Assembly: GCA_036351155.1 (NCBI GenBank)
Contig: JAZBOO010000016.1
Span: 1 to 25,511 of the forward strand
Length of the DNA: 25,511 nt
From: Candidatus Krumholzibacteriia bacterium
GTDB taxonomy: Bacteria > Krumholzibacteriota > Krumholzibacteriia > LZORAL124-64-63
Direction of reading: 5' to 3'
A program made the position numbers and the translations under genes. Below, one piece after another: positions 10,019 to 18,196 of this stretch; within the stretch, counting starts at the first letter, position 1, and each line of letters starts with the position of its first letter. The notes under the pieces are model-generated. The model searched no databases. It was not told where the DNA came from and was given only the letters and a program-made list of their open reading frames with translations.

Positions 10019-10048
10019 AGGCCGCTCTCCTTCGGGGGGCGGCCTTTT
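10019..10048 (+). terminator. rho-independent terminator
   Basis: AGGCCGCTCTCC-TTC-GGGGGGCGGCCT hairpin (with G-U pairs) followed by TTT. Confidence 0.75.
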
Positions 10049-10108
10049 CTCTACCCTGGAATACTTGATCGAGTTAGATTCGCAGGAAACCTTTCCGCAG
10101 GAGATCCC

Positions 10109-10546
10109 ATGCCGCGCATCCAGCTCGACCCTTTACCCAGTTACCCTTTCCATGCGGACATCACCGTCCGCACCACCGACCTGAACTACGGCGGGCACCT
10201 GGGCAATGACCGCCTGCTGTCCCTGGTCCACGAAGCCCGGGTGGCCTACCTGGCACACCATGGGTGGAGCGAACTGGACTGCGGCGGCACCAGCCTGATC
10301 ATGGGCGACACGGCCATCGTCTACCAGGGGGAAGCCTTTGCCGGGGATGTCCTGCGCTTCGAAGTGGCCGCCGGAGAGACCACCCGCAGCGGCTTTCGCC
10401 TCTTCTACCGGGTCACCCGCCCCGCAGACCAGAAGGCCATCGCCCTGGTCGAGAACGGCATGGTGTGCTTCGACTACCAGAAGCGGCGCGTGGCGCGGTT
10501 GCCCGAGGGGGTAAAGGCCGTCCTGACCGGGGACTCCAGCTGCTGA
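10109..10546 (+). CDS. acyl-CoA thioesterase, 4HBT/hot-dog fold
   Basis: VRTTDLNYGGHLGNDRLLSLVHEAR and YQGEAFAGDVL; AGGAG RBS. Confidence 0.9.
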   Translation: MPRIQLDPLPSYPFHADITVRTTDLNYGGHLGNDRLLSLVHEARVAYLAHHGWSELDCGGTSLIMGDTAIVYQGEAFAGDVLRFEVAAGETTRSGFRLFYRVTRPADQKAIALVENGMVCFDYQKRRVARLPEGVKAVLTGDSSC

Positions 10547-10576
10547 CAGGCCTCCGTGAACCGGACGACCCCAGGT

Positions 10577-12181
10577 CTACCGGACGAGTGCGACCCGGCT
10601 TGATTCCACTCCCGCTGACGTCTCCAGCATGAGCAGGTAGGTGCCGCTGACCTGGGCCTGGCCCGCATCGTCCCGACCATACCAGACCAGTTCGTGCTGG
10701 CCGGGCACATGGTCGCGATGCACCAGGGTGCGCACCCGACGACCGGCCAAATCGAACACCGCGAGATGCACCGGTCCACTTTCCCTCACTGTGTAGCGAA
10801 TGCGGGTCATGGGATTGAATGGGTTGGGGTAAGCCTTGACCGAAGGGACGAAAGGGGCGGGAATGTCTTCGGCGGCGCTCAGGGGTGCCGCGAATTTGAG
10901 GATCACCCACTGGTCACCCCCGTTGCCCAATCCCGTCCAGCTATGGCCCACCGCGGCGAAGCTTCCGTCCGGCCCCACCGCCACGTCTGCCAGGCGATCC
11001 GGCATTCCCGGCGTCCGGTTCCAGGACTGGGTCCAGGCCACCTCGCCGTCAGGGGCAAAGCCCGCCAGGAAGATTATCGATCCGGGAGGGACGGGGTTGT
11101 CGCTCCCCCCGGCCACAATCAAACCGGAAGGTGATATATCCGCCGCATACATATAATTGGCACTTCCTGTTCCCGCGGCCGAGGCCACCCACAGCTCCTG
11201 TCCCTGATCATCGAAGCACTGGGCATGGAACCTCGTCGCCGTGGTGCCTCCGGAGCCGAGGACCACAGTCCGGCCATCGTCCGTGACCAGCATTTCCGCA
11301 ACATCAACTGCGTCAATCTCCATAGGCTCCGGAAAACGTCCCCGCCAGAGGATGTTGCCCTCCGCATCCATCCGCCAGGTGAAGGAAGCGGCAATGCCGA
11401 GCACCTCCATTTCATCATTGCTGGTGAACACGGCGCCCCCATCGGACATGGGGGCAACCCGGACATTCAGGGAAAAAACTTCAACAGGATCCAGAACAGC
11501 CCAGAGGGAATCGCCCTCGGCGGAATAGCGTGCACTCAGGTTGAAGTCCGGAGACTGGATCCCGGCCAGGTAAATGCTGCCGTCGGTCCCGAAGGTGATG
11601 TCCGAAGGGAGCTCGGTACCTCCGGCATCCAGGATTCGGTCCCAGAGGACCTCGCCCGCAGGATCCACCTTCATCAAAAGGATATCGGAGTTGTTCAGGG
11701 GAACATAGGTGCACCAGTTCCCGTCACCGTCCCGGCTCAGGCGGGAATTGGCGCTGATAAATCCGACAATATTCCCGTAGGTGCGACGTTCCCAGACCGT
11801 ATTCCCCAGGACATCCACCTTCGTCAAACTCAGAAAATGACCCAGCTGGGTATCGATTCCCAGGCTGGGGAAAACCACGGACCCATCCGTGTCGAGATCC
11901 AGATCCGTGAGGCTCGTCCCCCCCAGATCCGGAAAAATCCGGGTCCAGAGCAGAGCCCCGTCCGCACTGTAGCGCTGCAGGACGGCGCGTTGTCCCTCGG
12001 TGGGGGTGTGGGATGAACCGAGGACCACAACCGATCCGTCCACGTCCACAGCCGCCTTGTGCGCGACATCCGAATAGTCCTGGAGACCGTTCCAGGAACG
12101 CTGCCAGAGCAGTTCCGGCGCGGTGTCGGCCTGTGCTGTAAGAGACAGGGCCAAGACAGAAATGATGAGCATGGTTTTCAC
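10577..12181 (-). CDS. secreted beta-propeller repeat protein with C-terminal FlgD-Ig/T9SS-like domain
   Basis: GTG start at 12181 with GGAGA upstream, then a signal peptide. Repeated [RK][YV]xxxGxxxW blades follow, and the C-terminus reads YPNPFNP...VFDLAGRRVRTL...WYGRDDAG...SGTY...RVALVR. Confidence 0.85.
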   Translation of the reverse strand: MKTMLIISVLALSLTAQADTAPELLWQRSWNGLQDYSDVAHKAAVDVDGSVVVLGSSHTPTEGQRAVLQRYSADGALLWTRIFPDLGGTSLTDLDLDTDGSVVFPSLGIDTQLGHFLSLTKVDVLGNTVWERRTYGNIVGFISANSRLSRDGDGNWCTYVPLNNSDILLMKVDPAGEVLWDRILDAGGTELPSDITFGTDGSIYLAGIQSPDFNLSARYSAEGDSLWAVLDPVEVFSLNVRVAPMSDGGAVFTSNDEMEVLGIAASFTWRMDAEGNILWRGRFPEPMEIDAVDVAEMLVTDDGRTVVLGSGGTTATRFHAQCFDDQGQELWVASAAGTGSANYMYAADISPSGLIVAGGSDNPVPPGSIIFLAGFAPDGEVAWTQSWNRTPGMPDRLADVAVGPDGSFAAVGHSWTGLGNGGDQWVILKFAAPLSAAEDIPAPFVPSVKAYPNPFNPMTRIRYTVRESGPVHLAVFDLAGRRVRTLVHRDHVPGQHELVWYGRDDAGQAQVSGTYLLMLETSAGVESSRVALVR

Positions 12182-12346
12182 CGGATCTCCCTTCAGATGT
12201 GTTGACGTAATGAAAAGCGGCAAAAGGGGGCCATTTGGCTCAACTGGAAAAAATACTTCGCCGAATCACCAAATTGGCCTAGTCTCCGTCCACCGGATAC
12301 ATTCTCGGCTTCACGGCCATTTCTGATTTACACAGGAGGTTCTCTC

Positions 12347-12988
12347 ATGAAACGCACCCTCTTCTTGACTCTGATAGCCCTGTCCCTGATGGCCACCACA
12401 TCTTCGGCAGGCCTCGTGCCCAGCTACGGCATCAAGGGCGGCCTCAATATCTCGAAAATCAACATCGAGGACATCGAATCCTCCACCCAGACCGGCTACG
12501 TGGGTGGTGTCTTCATGGATCTGGGCAGCCCGCTGCTGCATCTGCAGGCCGAATTGCTCTACTCCAACCGCAAGTCCAACCTCGAGGGCTTCAGCACCAC
12601 CACCTACCAGGTGGAAATCAAGAACCACTACATTCAGGTGCCGGTCCTGGCCAAGTTCGGTCTCCCTATTCCGGTGGCCTCTCCCTCGGTGTACCTCGGG
12701 CCTGAGGTTTCCATTCCCATCAAGAGCCAGATGACCACGGTCGACGGCGACTGGGTGGACGTGAAGGACTTCAACAAGAGCCTGGTGTGGAGCATGATCA
12801 TCGGCGCCGATCTGAAGCTGATGGATCGCCTCATCCTCGACATTCGCTACGACATTGGCATGAGCACGCTCAACGACACGGCAGTGGGCGACATCCTCGA
12901 CGACATCAACGACGAGTTCACCGAGGGCGAGTCCTACCGCGATATCAAGGACCGTACCTTCTCGGTGATGGTGGGATGGCAGTTCTAG
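12347..12988 (+). CDS. outer-membrane beta-barrel 'porin family' protein (OMP_b-brl_2/PorT-like)
   Basis: AGGAGG RBS, signal peptide, YGIKGGLNIS, LQAELLYS, YIQVPVLAKF, YLGP, LDIRYDIGM, and a terminal beta-strand ending in Phe (FSVMVGWQF). Confidence 0.85.
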   Translation: MKRTLFLTLIALSLMATTSSAGLVPSYGIKGGLNISKINIEDIESSTQTGYVGGVFMDLGSPLLHLQAELLYSNRKSNLEGFSTTTYQVEIKNHYIQVPVLAKFGLPIPVASPSVYLGPEVSIPIKSQMTTVDGDWVDVKDFNKSLVWSMIIGADLKLMDRLILDIRYDIGMSTLNDTAVGDILDDINDEFTEGESYRDIKDRTFSVMVGWQF

Positions 12989-13049
12989 TGTTCCTTCGCG
13001 AAGAACTGGGGCGCGGCCGCGTGCCGCGCCAGGACCTCAAAGAGTTCCC

Positions 13050-13868
13050 ATGAGCCAGAACGACCTGCTCCTCAGCAGCCTGCAGAACGACCAGGTCAAG
13101 ACCCTGGTCAAGCTGCGCAACCGGCACCATCGTGATCGGCTGGGCTTGACGATCATCGAGGAGCCTCTGGTCATCGCCCGGGCACTTCAGGCCGGCTTCC
13201 CACTGAGTACGGTGTATTACTGTCCCGAGAACCTGGATGCCGGCGCGCAGTCGGTCCTCGAAGACATCCGCCGTCAGACCCACACGAATTGCGTGCAGGT
13301 GACCGCCCCGGTCATGGCCAAGATCTCCTACCGTGACAAACCTGAAGGTCTGCTGGTCACCGCGCCCCAGGTAAAGCGCGGCCTGGCAGACCTTTCCCTG
13401 CCCCCGGATCCGCTGGTCATCGTGCTCGAGTCGGTGGAAAAGCCCGGCAACCTCGGCGCCGTGCTGCGCATTGCCGACGGAGCCGGGGCCCACGCCGTCC
13501 TGCTGTGCGGGCAAGGCACTGACCTGTTCAATCCCAACGTGCTGCGGGCCAGTCGGGGGGCCTTCTTCTCGATTCCCACGGTGGTGGCCACCACCGACGA
13601 GGTGCTGGCCTTTTGCCACCAGCAGGCCATCACCACCGTGGCCACCAGCCCCGCCGCCCCGGAGGCCTACACGGCCTGCGACTTCACCCGCGCGGTGGCC
13701 CTGGTTCTGGGCACCGAGCACGACGGATTGAGCACCCAACTCCTCGACCACTGTCAGACCACCGTCTCGATACCCATGCTGGGAACCGGCGACTCGTTGA
13801 ACGTGGCCACTTCATCGGCCGTCCTTCTCTACGAAGCCCAGCGCCAGCGGGCCCACAACAAAGGTTGA
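13050..13868 (+). CDS. TrmH/SpoU family RNA methyltransferase
   Basis: SPOUT motifs LESVEKPGNLGAVLR, LVLGTEHDGL and IPMLGTGDSLNVA; N-terminal substrate-binding domain. Confidence 0.93.
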   Translation: MSQNDLLLSSLQNDQVKTLVKLRNRHHRDRLGLTIIEEPLVIARALQAGFPLSTVYYCPENLDAGAQSVLEDIRRQTHTNCVQVTAPVMAKISYRDKPEGLLVTAPQVKRGLADLSLPPDPLVIVLESVEKPGNLGAVLRIADGAGAHAVLLCGQGTDLFNPNVLRASRGAFFSIPTVVATTDEVLAFCHQQAITTVATSPAAPEAYTACDFTRAVALVLGTEHDGLSTQLLDHCQTTVSIPMLGTGDSLNVATSSAVLLYEAQRQRAHNKG

Positions 13869-13871
13869 TCC

Positions 13872-15140
13872 ATGCAGGACAACAATTTCTACAATGCCTT
13901 CGACCGGGAAGAAGTGGAGCCCCGCAACCCCGACTATCGCTCGGTGTTTCAGCGAGGGCGCGACCGGCTGATTCACAACGCCAGCTTTCGCCGACTTCAG
14001 GCCAAGACCCAGGTGTTCCTGTCCGGCGAATACGATTTTTACCGCACGCGACTGACCCACTCCATCGAGGTGGGGCAAATTGCCGGATCCATCGCCCGCT
14101 ACCTGAACGATTCGAGCCCGCAGCTGAGCCAGGGTTTCCACATCGACCCGATTCTGGTCGAAGCCTGTGCCCTGGCCCACGACATCGGCCACCCGCCGTT
14201 CGGCCATGCCGGAGAAAGCCAGCTGCACGAGCTGATGGTGCCCTGGGGCGGGTTCGAGGGCAATGCCCAGACGCTGCGCCTGATCACCGAGATCATCTTC
14301 ACCAGCGGACGCAGCCGGCGGGGCATGAACCCCAGCCGCGCCTTCATGGACGGGGTGCTCAAGTACAAGACCCTGTTCAGCGAGTGGGATCATCCGGTGC
14401 GCCACTTCCTGTACGATGATCAGCAGAAGTTCCTGGATTTCGTGTTCGACCGCCGACCCTTCCCCGCCGAGATGACGCCGGGCCGCGAGCGCAACAGTTT
14501 TCGCAGCCTGGAATGCCAGATCATGGACTGGGCCGACGACACGGCCTACTCGCTGAACGACCTGGTGGACAGCGCCAATGCCGGCTTCATCAGCCTGGGC
14601 AAGGTGCAGCGCTGGGCCGCCACCCAGGACCTGGACGCCACCGAAGCCCGGCACCTGGAACATCTGATGCAGGCCATCGGCGAGGGCAATCTGGAACGGG
14701 TCATGAACCGCAAGATCGGCACCTTTGTCGAGGCCTGTCAGCTGGTGGAGCGCGACAATTTCATGAGCGACCTGACCAACCGGTACCGATTCGGCATCCA
14801 CATTGACCCCGAGGTGATCAAGGAGCAGAAGCTCTACGCCAGGCTGGCTGTCAATCTGGTGTTCCGATCACCTCAGGTGTGTCAGCTGGAGCACAAGGGC
14901 CATATCATGCTGGGGCGCCTGTTCCAGGCCCTGGCCGCAAACTACCTGGTGGACGGCAAGCCCAAGCTGGTGTTGCTGTCGGGGGATTTCGAGCAGGAAA
15001 TGAAGGCGGCGGGGCAGGATCGCCATCGTCAAGCGCGGGTCATCTGCGACTATCTGGCCGGCATGAGCGATGGTTTCGCCAGCCGGATCTACAAGCGGAT
15101 GTTCGACCCGGATTTCGGGTCCATCGTCGACCTGGTCTAA
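13872..15140 (+). CDS. dgt: dNTP triphosphohydrolase (dGTPase)
   Basis: FRRLQAKTQVF, RTRLTHSIEV, HD motif AHDIGHPPFGH, FEGNAQ, MDWADDTAY and DYLAGMSD. Confidence 0.93.
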   Translation: MQDNNFYNAFDREEVEPRNPDYRSVFQRGRDRLIHNASFRRLQAKTQVFLSGEYDFYRTRLTHSIEVGQIAGSIARYLNDSSPQLSQGFHIDPILVEACALAHDIGHPPFGHAGESQLHELMVPWGGFEGNAQTLRLITEIIFTSGRSRRGMNPSRAFMDGVLKYKTLFSEWDHPVRHFLYDDQQKFLDFVFDRRPFPAEMTPGRERNSFRSLECQIMDWADDTAYSLNDLVDSANAGFISLGKVQRWAATQDLDATEARHLEHLMQAIGEGNLERVMNRKIGTFVEACQLVERDNFMSDLTNRYRFGIHIDPEVIKEQKLYARLAVNLVFRSPQVCQLEHKGHIMLGRLFQALAANYLVDGKPKLVLLSGDFEQEMKAAGQDRHRQARVICDYLAGMSDGFASRIYKRMFDPDFGSIVDLV

Positions 15141-15147
15141 TCCAGGG

Positions 15148-17217
15148 CTAGTCCAGGGCCAGGTGCTTGCTGAACTCATCGGCATGGACAGGTCGGCAGA
15201 AGAAAAAGCCCTGGACCTCGGGGCACTGCAAAGCCCGCAGGCAGTCCGCCTGTTCCCGGGTCTCGACCCCTTCGGCAATGGCCTGCATGGACAGATTGCG
15301 CGCCATGCTGATGACCGTGCCGGCAATGGCGGCGTCATGGGGATCGGTTGTGATGTCGCGCACAAATTCCCGGGCAATCTTGATCCGCCCCACGGGCAGC
15401 TTCTTCAGATAGGCCAGCGAGGAATAGCCCGTACCAAAATCATCGATCGCCAGCCCCACCCCGTCCTCACGCAGGGCTTTGAGGGTCCTGAGCGTGGCTC
15501 CTCCGTCTCCCATCAGGACCGACTCGGTGATCTCCAGCTCCAGCTGGGCAGGGTCCAGACCAGTCCGATCCAGAACATCGCGCACCTGGTCGGCAATATC
15601 AGGCTCGCGGAACTGGCTGGCCGAAAGGTTCACCGCCACCCGCAGGGGAGGGCTTCCCCGCCGACGCCACTGCTGCATCTGCTGGCACGCCTCTTCCAGC
15701 ACCCAGGCCCCGATTTCGTGAATGAGCCCGGTTTCCTCCGCCAGCGGGATGAAACTGGCAGGCGGCATGACCCCCAGCTCCGCACTGTTCCAGCGCAGCA
15801 GGGCCTCGACCCCGATCAGGCTGCCGGCGTTCAGATCGTACTGAGGCTGCCAGGCCAGCGAGAGTTCCTTGCGGCCAATGGCCTGGCGCAATCCTGCCTC
15901 CACCCTCATGCGCGCCACGTTGCGGCGGTTCATTTCCTCGCTGAAGAAACGGTACCGGTTTCGCCCCGCATTCTTGGCGGCGTACATGGCGGTGTCGGCG
16001 TGCTTGAGCAGGGTCTGGACATCCGTCCCGTCTTCCGGATAAACGGCAATGCCGATGCTGGCCCGGCTGTAAACCTGGTGCCCTCCCAGGTCGAAGGCCG
16101 GCACCAGGGACTGCTGAATCTTGCGCGCCACCGTGGCGGCTTCCCGGGCATCGGCAATGTTGGGCAATAGCAAGACGAACTCGTCGCCACCCAGACGACT
16201 CAGAGTGTCTCCCCGGCGAATACAGGAGTTGAGGCGGCTGGCAATCTGCTGCAGCAGCAGATCGCCCATGTCATGCCCCAGGCTGTCGTTGACGTCCTTG
16301 AAGCTGTCCAGATCGCAGAACAGCAAGGCGGCATTGGTGTTTCCTCGGTGGGCGGCCGCCATGGCCCGTTCCAGCTGCTCCATGAAAAAGGAGCGATTGG
16401 GCAACTTGGTCAGGGTGTCATAGTAGGCCAACTGGCGGATTTCCTCTTCCGATCGCTTGCGCAGGCTGATGTCCGTCACCGACCCCACGAATCCCTCGAG
16501 ATGCCCCTGGCTGTCGACGATCGGATCCGTCTGGAGGAACACCCAGACCGAGCGACCCTCCGGCCGGCGGAAGCGGCACTCGGTCTTGAACGGCCGCTGC
16601 AGATCCGAAGCCACTTCCCAGAGGTGCATGACCTCGTCCTTGTCCTCCGGATGCAAGGCGATGTCCCAGCCCATGCCCAGCACCTGACTTTCGATCAAAC
16701 CGGTGATTTCCCGCCAGGCCTTGTTCACGTGCCGGTAACTTCCTCCCGGACTCAGACGATAGATGCCCACGGGCGAAGTCTCGGCCATGAGCTGATACCG
16801 ACGTTCACTTTGCCGAAGGTTTTGCTCGATCAATTTTTGCTCGGTCACGTCCTGAACCGTGGAAATATTCAGGTTCAAATCAGGCAAGGGTATGCTGCGC
16901 ACCGAGACAATGCGGGGGTTGCCGTCAGCCCCGGGTATGCGGATTTCACTGACCTGGGCCAGCGGCAAGTTGTGGCTCTCCAGATTTTCCAGGATGCGTT
17001 TTTGCAAGAGCTCGGGATCACCCTGGTCCAGGGCCAGCTTTTCCAGCAGGGTTTCCAGATCGGTGAACTCCCCCTTGCACCAATCGCCGTAAATTTCCCG
17101 GAAACGGGCATTGGCATACACCACCTGGCCGTTATCCATGGCGCTCAGCGAAAGGCCCACCGGTAACGATTCCAGAATGATTCCCAGATAGCTCTTGTGA
17201 AATTCTGACGACGACAA
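15148..17217 (-). CDS. PAS-PAS-GGDEF-EAL c-di-GMP signalling protein
   Basis: Two PAS-like regions (YANARF; LHPEDK...DIS), DTLTKLPNR, FKDVNDSLGHDMGD, RRGD-x5-GGDEF, EALLRW, ELEITES, DDFGTGYSS and AEGVE. TTG start with AGAGGA upstream. Confidence 0.95.
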   Translation of the reverse strand: MSSSEFHKSYLGIILESLPVGLSLSAMDNGQVVYANARFREIYGDWCKGEFTDLETLLEKLALDQGDPELLQKRILENLESHNLPLAQVSEIRIPGADGNPRIVSVRSIPLPDLNLNISTVQDVTEQKLIEQNLRQSERRYQLMAETSPVGIYRLSPGGSYRHVNKAWREITGLIESQVLGMGWDIALHPEDKDEVMHLWEVASDLQRPFKTECRFRRPEGRSVWVFLQTDPIVDSQGHLEGFVGSVTDISLRKRSEEEIRQLAYYDTLTKLPNRSFFMEQLERAMAAAHRGNTNAALLFCDLDSFKDVNDSLGHDMGDLLLQQIASRLNSCIRRGDTLSRLGGDEFVLLLPNIADAREAATVARKIQQSLVPAFDLGGHQVYSRASIGIAVYPEDGTDVQTLLKHADTAMYAAKNAGRNRYRFFSEEMNRRNVARMRVEAGLRQAIGRKELSLAWQPQYDLNAGSLIGVEALLRWNSAELGVMPPASFIPLAEETGLIHEIGAWVLEEACQQMQQWRRRGSPPLRVAVNLSASQFREPDIADQVRDVLDRTGLDPAQLELEITESVLMGDGGATLRTLKALREDGVGLAIDDFGTGYSSLAYLKKLPVGRIKIAREFVRDITTDPHDAAIAGTVISMARNLSMQAIAEGVETREQADCLRALQCPEVQGFFFCRPVHADEFSKHLALD

Positions 17218-17251
17218 ACGCCTATCCTCTCTTTTCCCAATACTTTGGCAT

Positions 17252-17279
17252 AGAATAAGCTCAAGCCAGATTTCGGCAA
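17252..17279 (-). promoter_or_regulatory. possible sigma70 promoter of the GGDEF-EAL gene
   Basis: Minus strand reads TTGCCG-N16-TATTCT. Confidence 0.4.
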
Positions 17280-17290
17280 CTGTCCCCGTT

Positions 17291-18049
17291 CTACCGGAAA
17301 TAGCTGGCGCAGTTCACATCGATGATCGATCCGCTCAGGGCATTGGACTTGCCGGACAAGGCCAGCAAAACCACCTCGGCAATTTCTTGGGCTTCAGCCG
17401 TGCGTTGATAAGGACTCTGGGCTCTGATCTCCTGGCCCTGGGGACCGGCCAGATGCTCCCGGGTCATGTCGGTCAGCACCCATCCCGGAGCCACGCCCAC
17501 CAGGTGGATGTTCTTTGGAGCCAGGGCCCTGGCCAGGCTCTGGGTCAAGCTGTTCAGCCCGGCCTTGGCCGCCCCGTAGGCCGGCGCCTCCGGCTCGCCG
17601 CGATAGGCCCCCCGACTGGTGATGTTGACGATGTGCCCGCCGCCCGCCTTCTCCAGAAAGGGGACCGCCGCCTTGATGACATGGGCAGGGCCGTCGAGGT
17701 TGACGGCCAGGGTCCTGCGCCAGGCCTCGGTCCAGGCCCCGTTGTCCAGAGTCGCGATGTCATGCAGTGCAAAAATGCCGGCATTGTTGACCACGGCGTC
17801 CAGGCGGCCCAGAGCCTCCACCACTCGACCGGGCAGGGCCAGAGCCTCGGAAGCTTGCCCCAGGTCGGCCGCCAGCATGACGTGTCCGGTCCCGTCCAGC
17901 TGCGAAAGAACCTTTTCGGCCGCCGCCGCATCGCTGCCGTAGTGGACCGCCACCCGCGCCCCCTGAGCCGCCACCAGCCTGGCGATGGCCGCCCCGATTC
18001 CACGATTGGCGCCCGTCACCAGCACCGCCTTGTTTTGCAAATTGGACAT
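17291..18049 (-). CDS. classical SDR family oxidoreductase
   Basis: TGANRGIG, NNAG, catalytic S...YGAAK and APGWVLTDM; AGGAG RBS. Confidence 0.93.
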   Translation of the reverse strand: MSNLQNKAVLVTGANRGIGAAIARLVAAQGARVAVHYGSDAAAAEKVLSQLDGTGHVMLAADLGQASEALALPGRVVEALGRLDAVVNNAGIFALHDIATLDNGAWTEAWRRTLAVNLDGPAHVIKAAVPFLEKAGGGHIVNITSRGAYRGEPEAPAYGAAKAGLNSLTQSLARALAPKNIHLVGVAPGWVLTDMTREHLAGPQGQEIRAQSPYQRTAEAQEIAEVVLLALSGKSNALSGSIIDVNCASYFR

Positions 18050-18196
18050 ATTGCACCTGCTCCTGGTTTCCCGATTGATGTAGTGGCCTCTATCCTCGCA
18101 AAAAGTGGAGAATTCGCCAACTCCCCATTCAACTTCCAGGTACAGAACAGCCGGACCACCAGGGCCCGGCTGTCCATAACTACTCCACGGAAAGTG

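Noticed and set aside
10577..10880. FlgD as a flagellar hook-capping function
   Set aside because: Only the Ig-like tail is present, fused to unrelated secreted cargo, and there are no flagellar genes nearby.
13872..15140. dGTPase as an anti-phage defence gene
   Set aside because: It sits in an operon with a TrmH methyltransferase, has host-like composition and has no defence or mobile neighbours; a housekeeping role is more likely.
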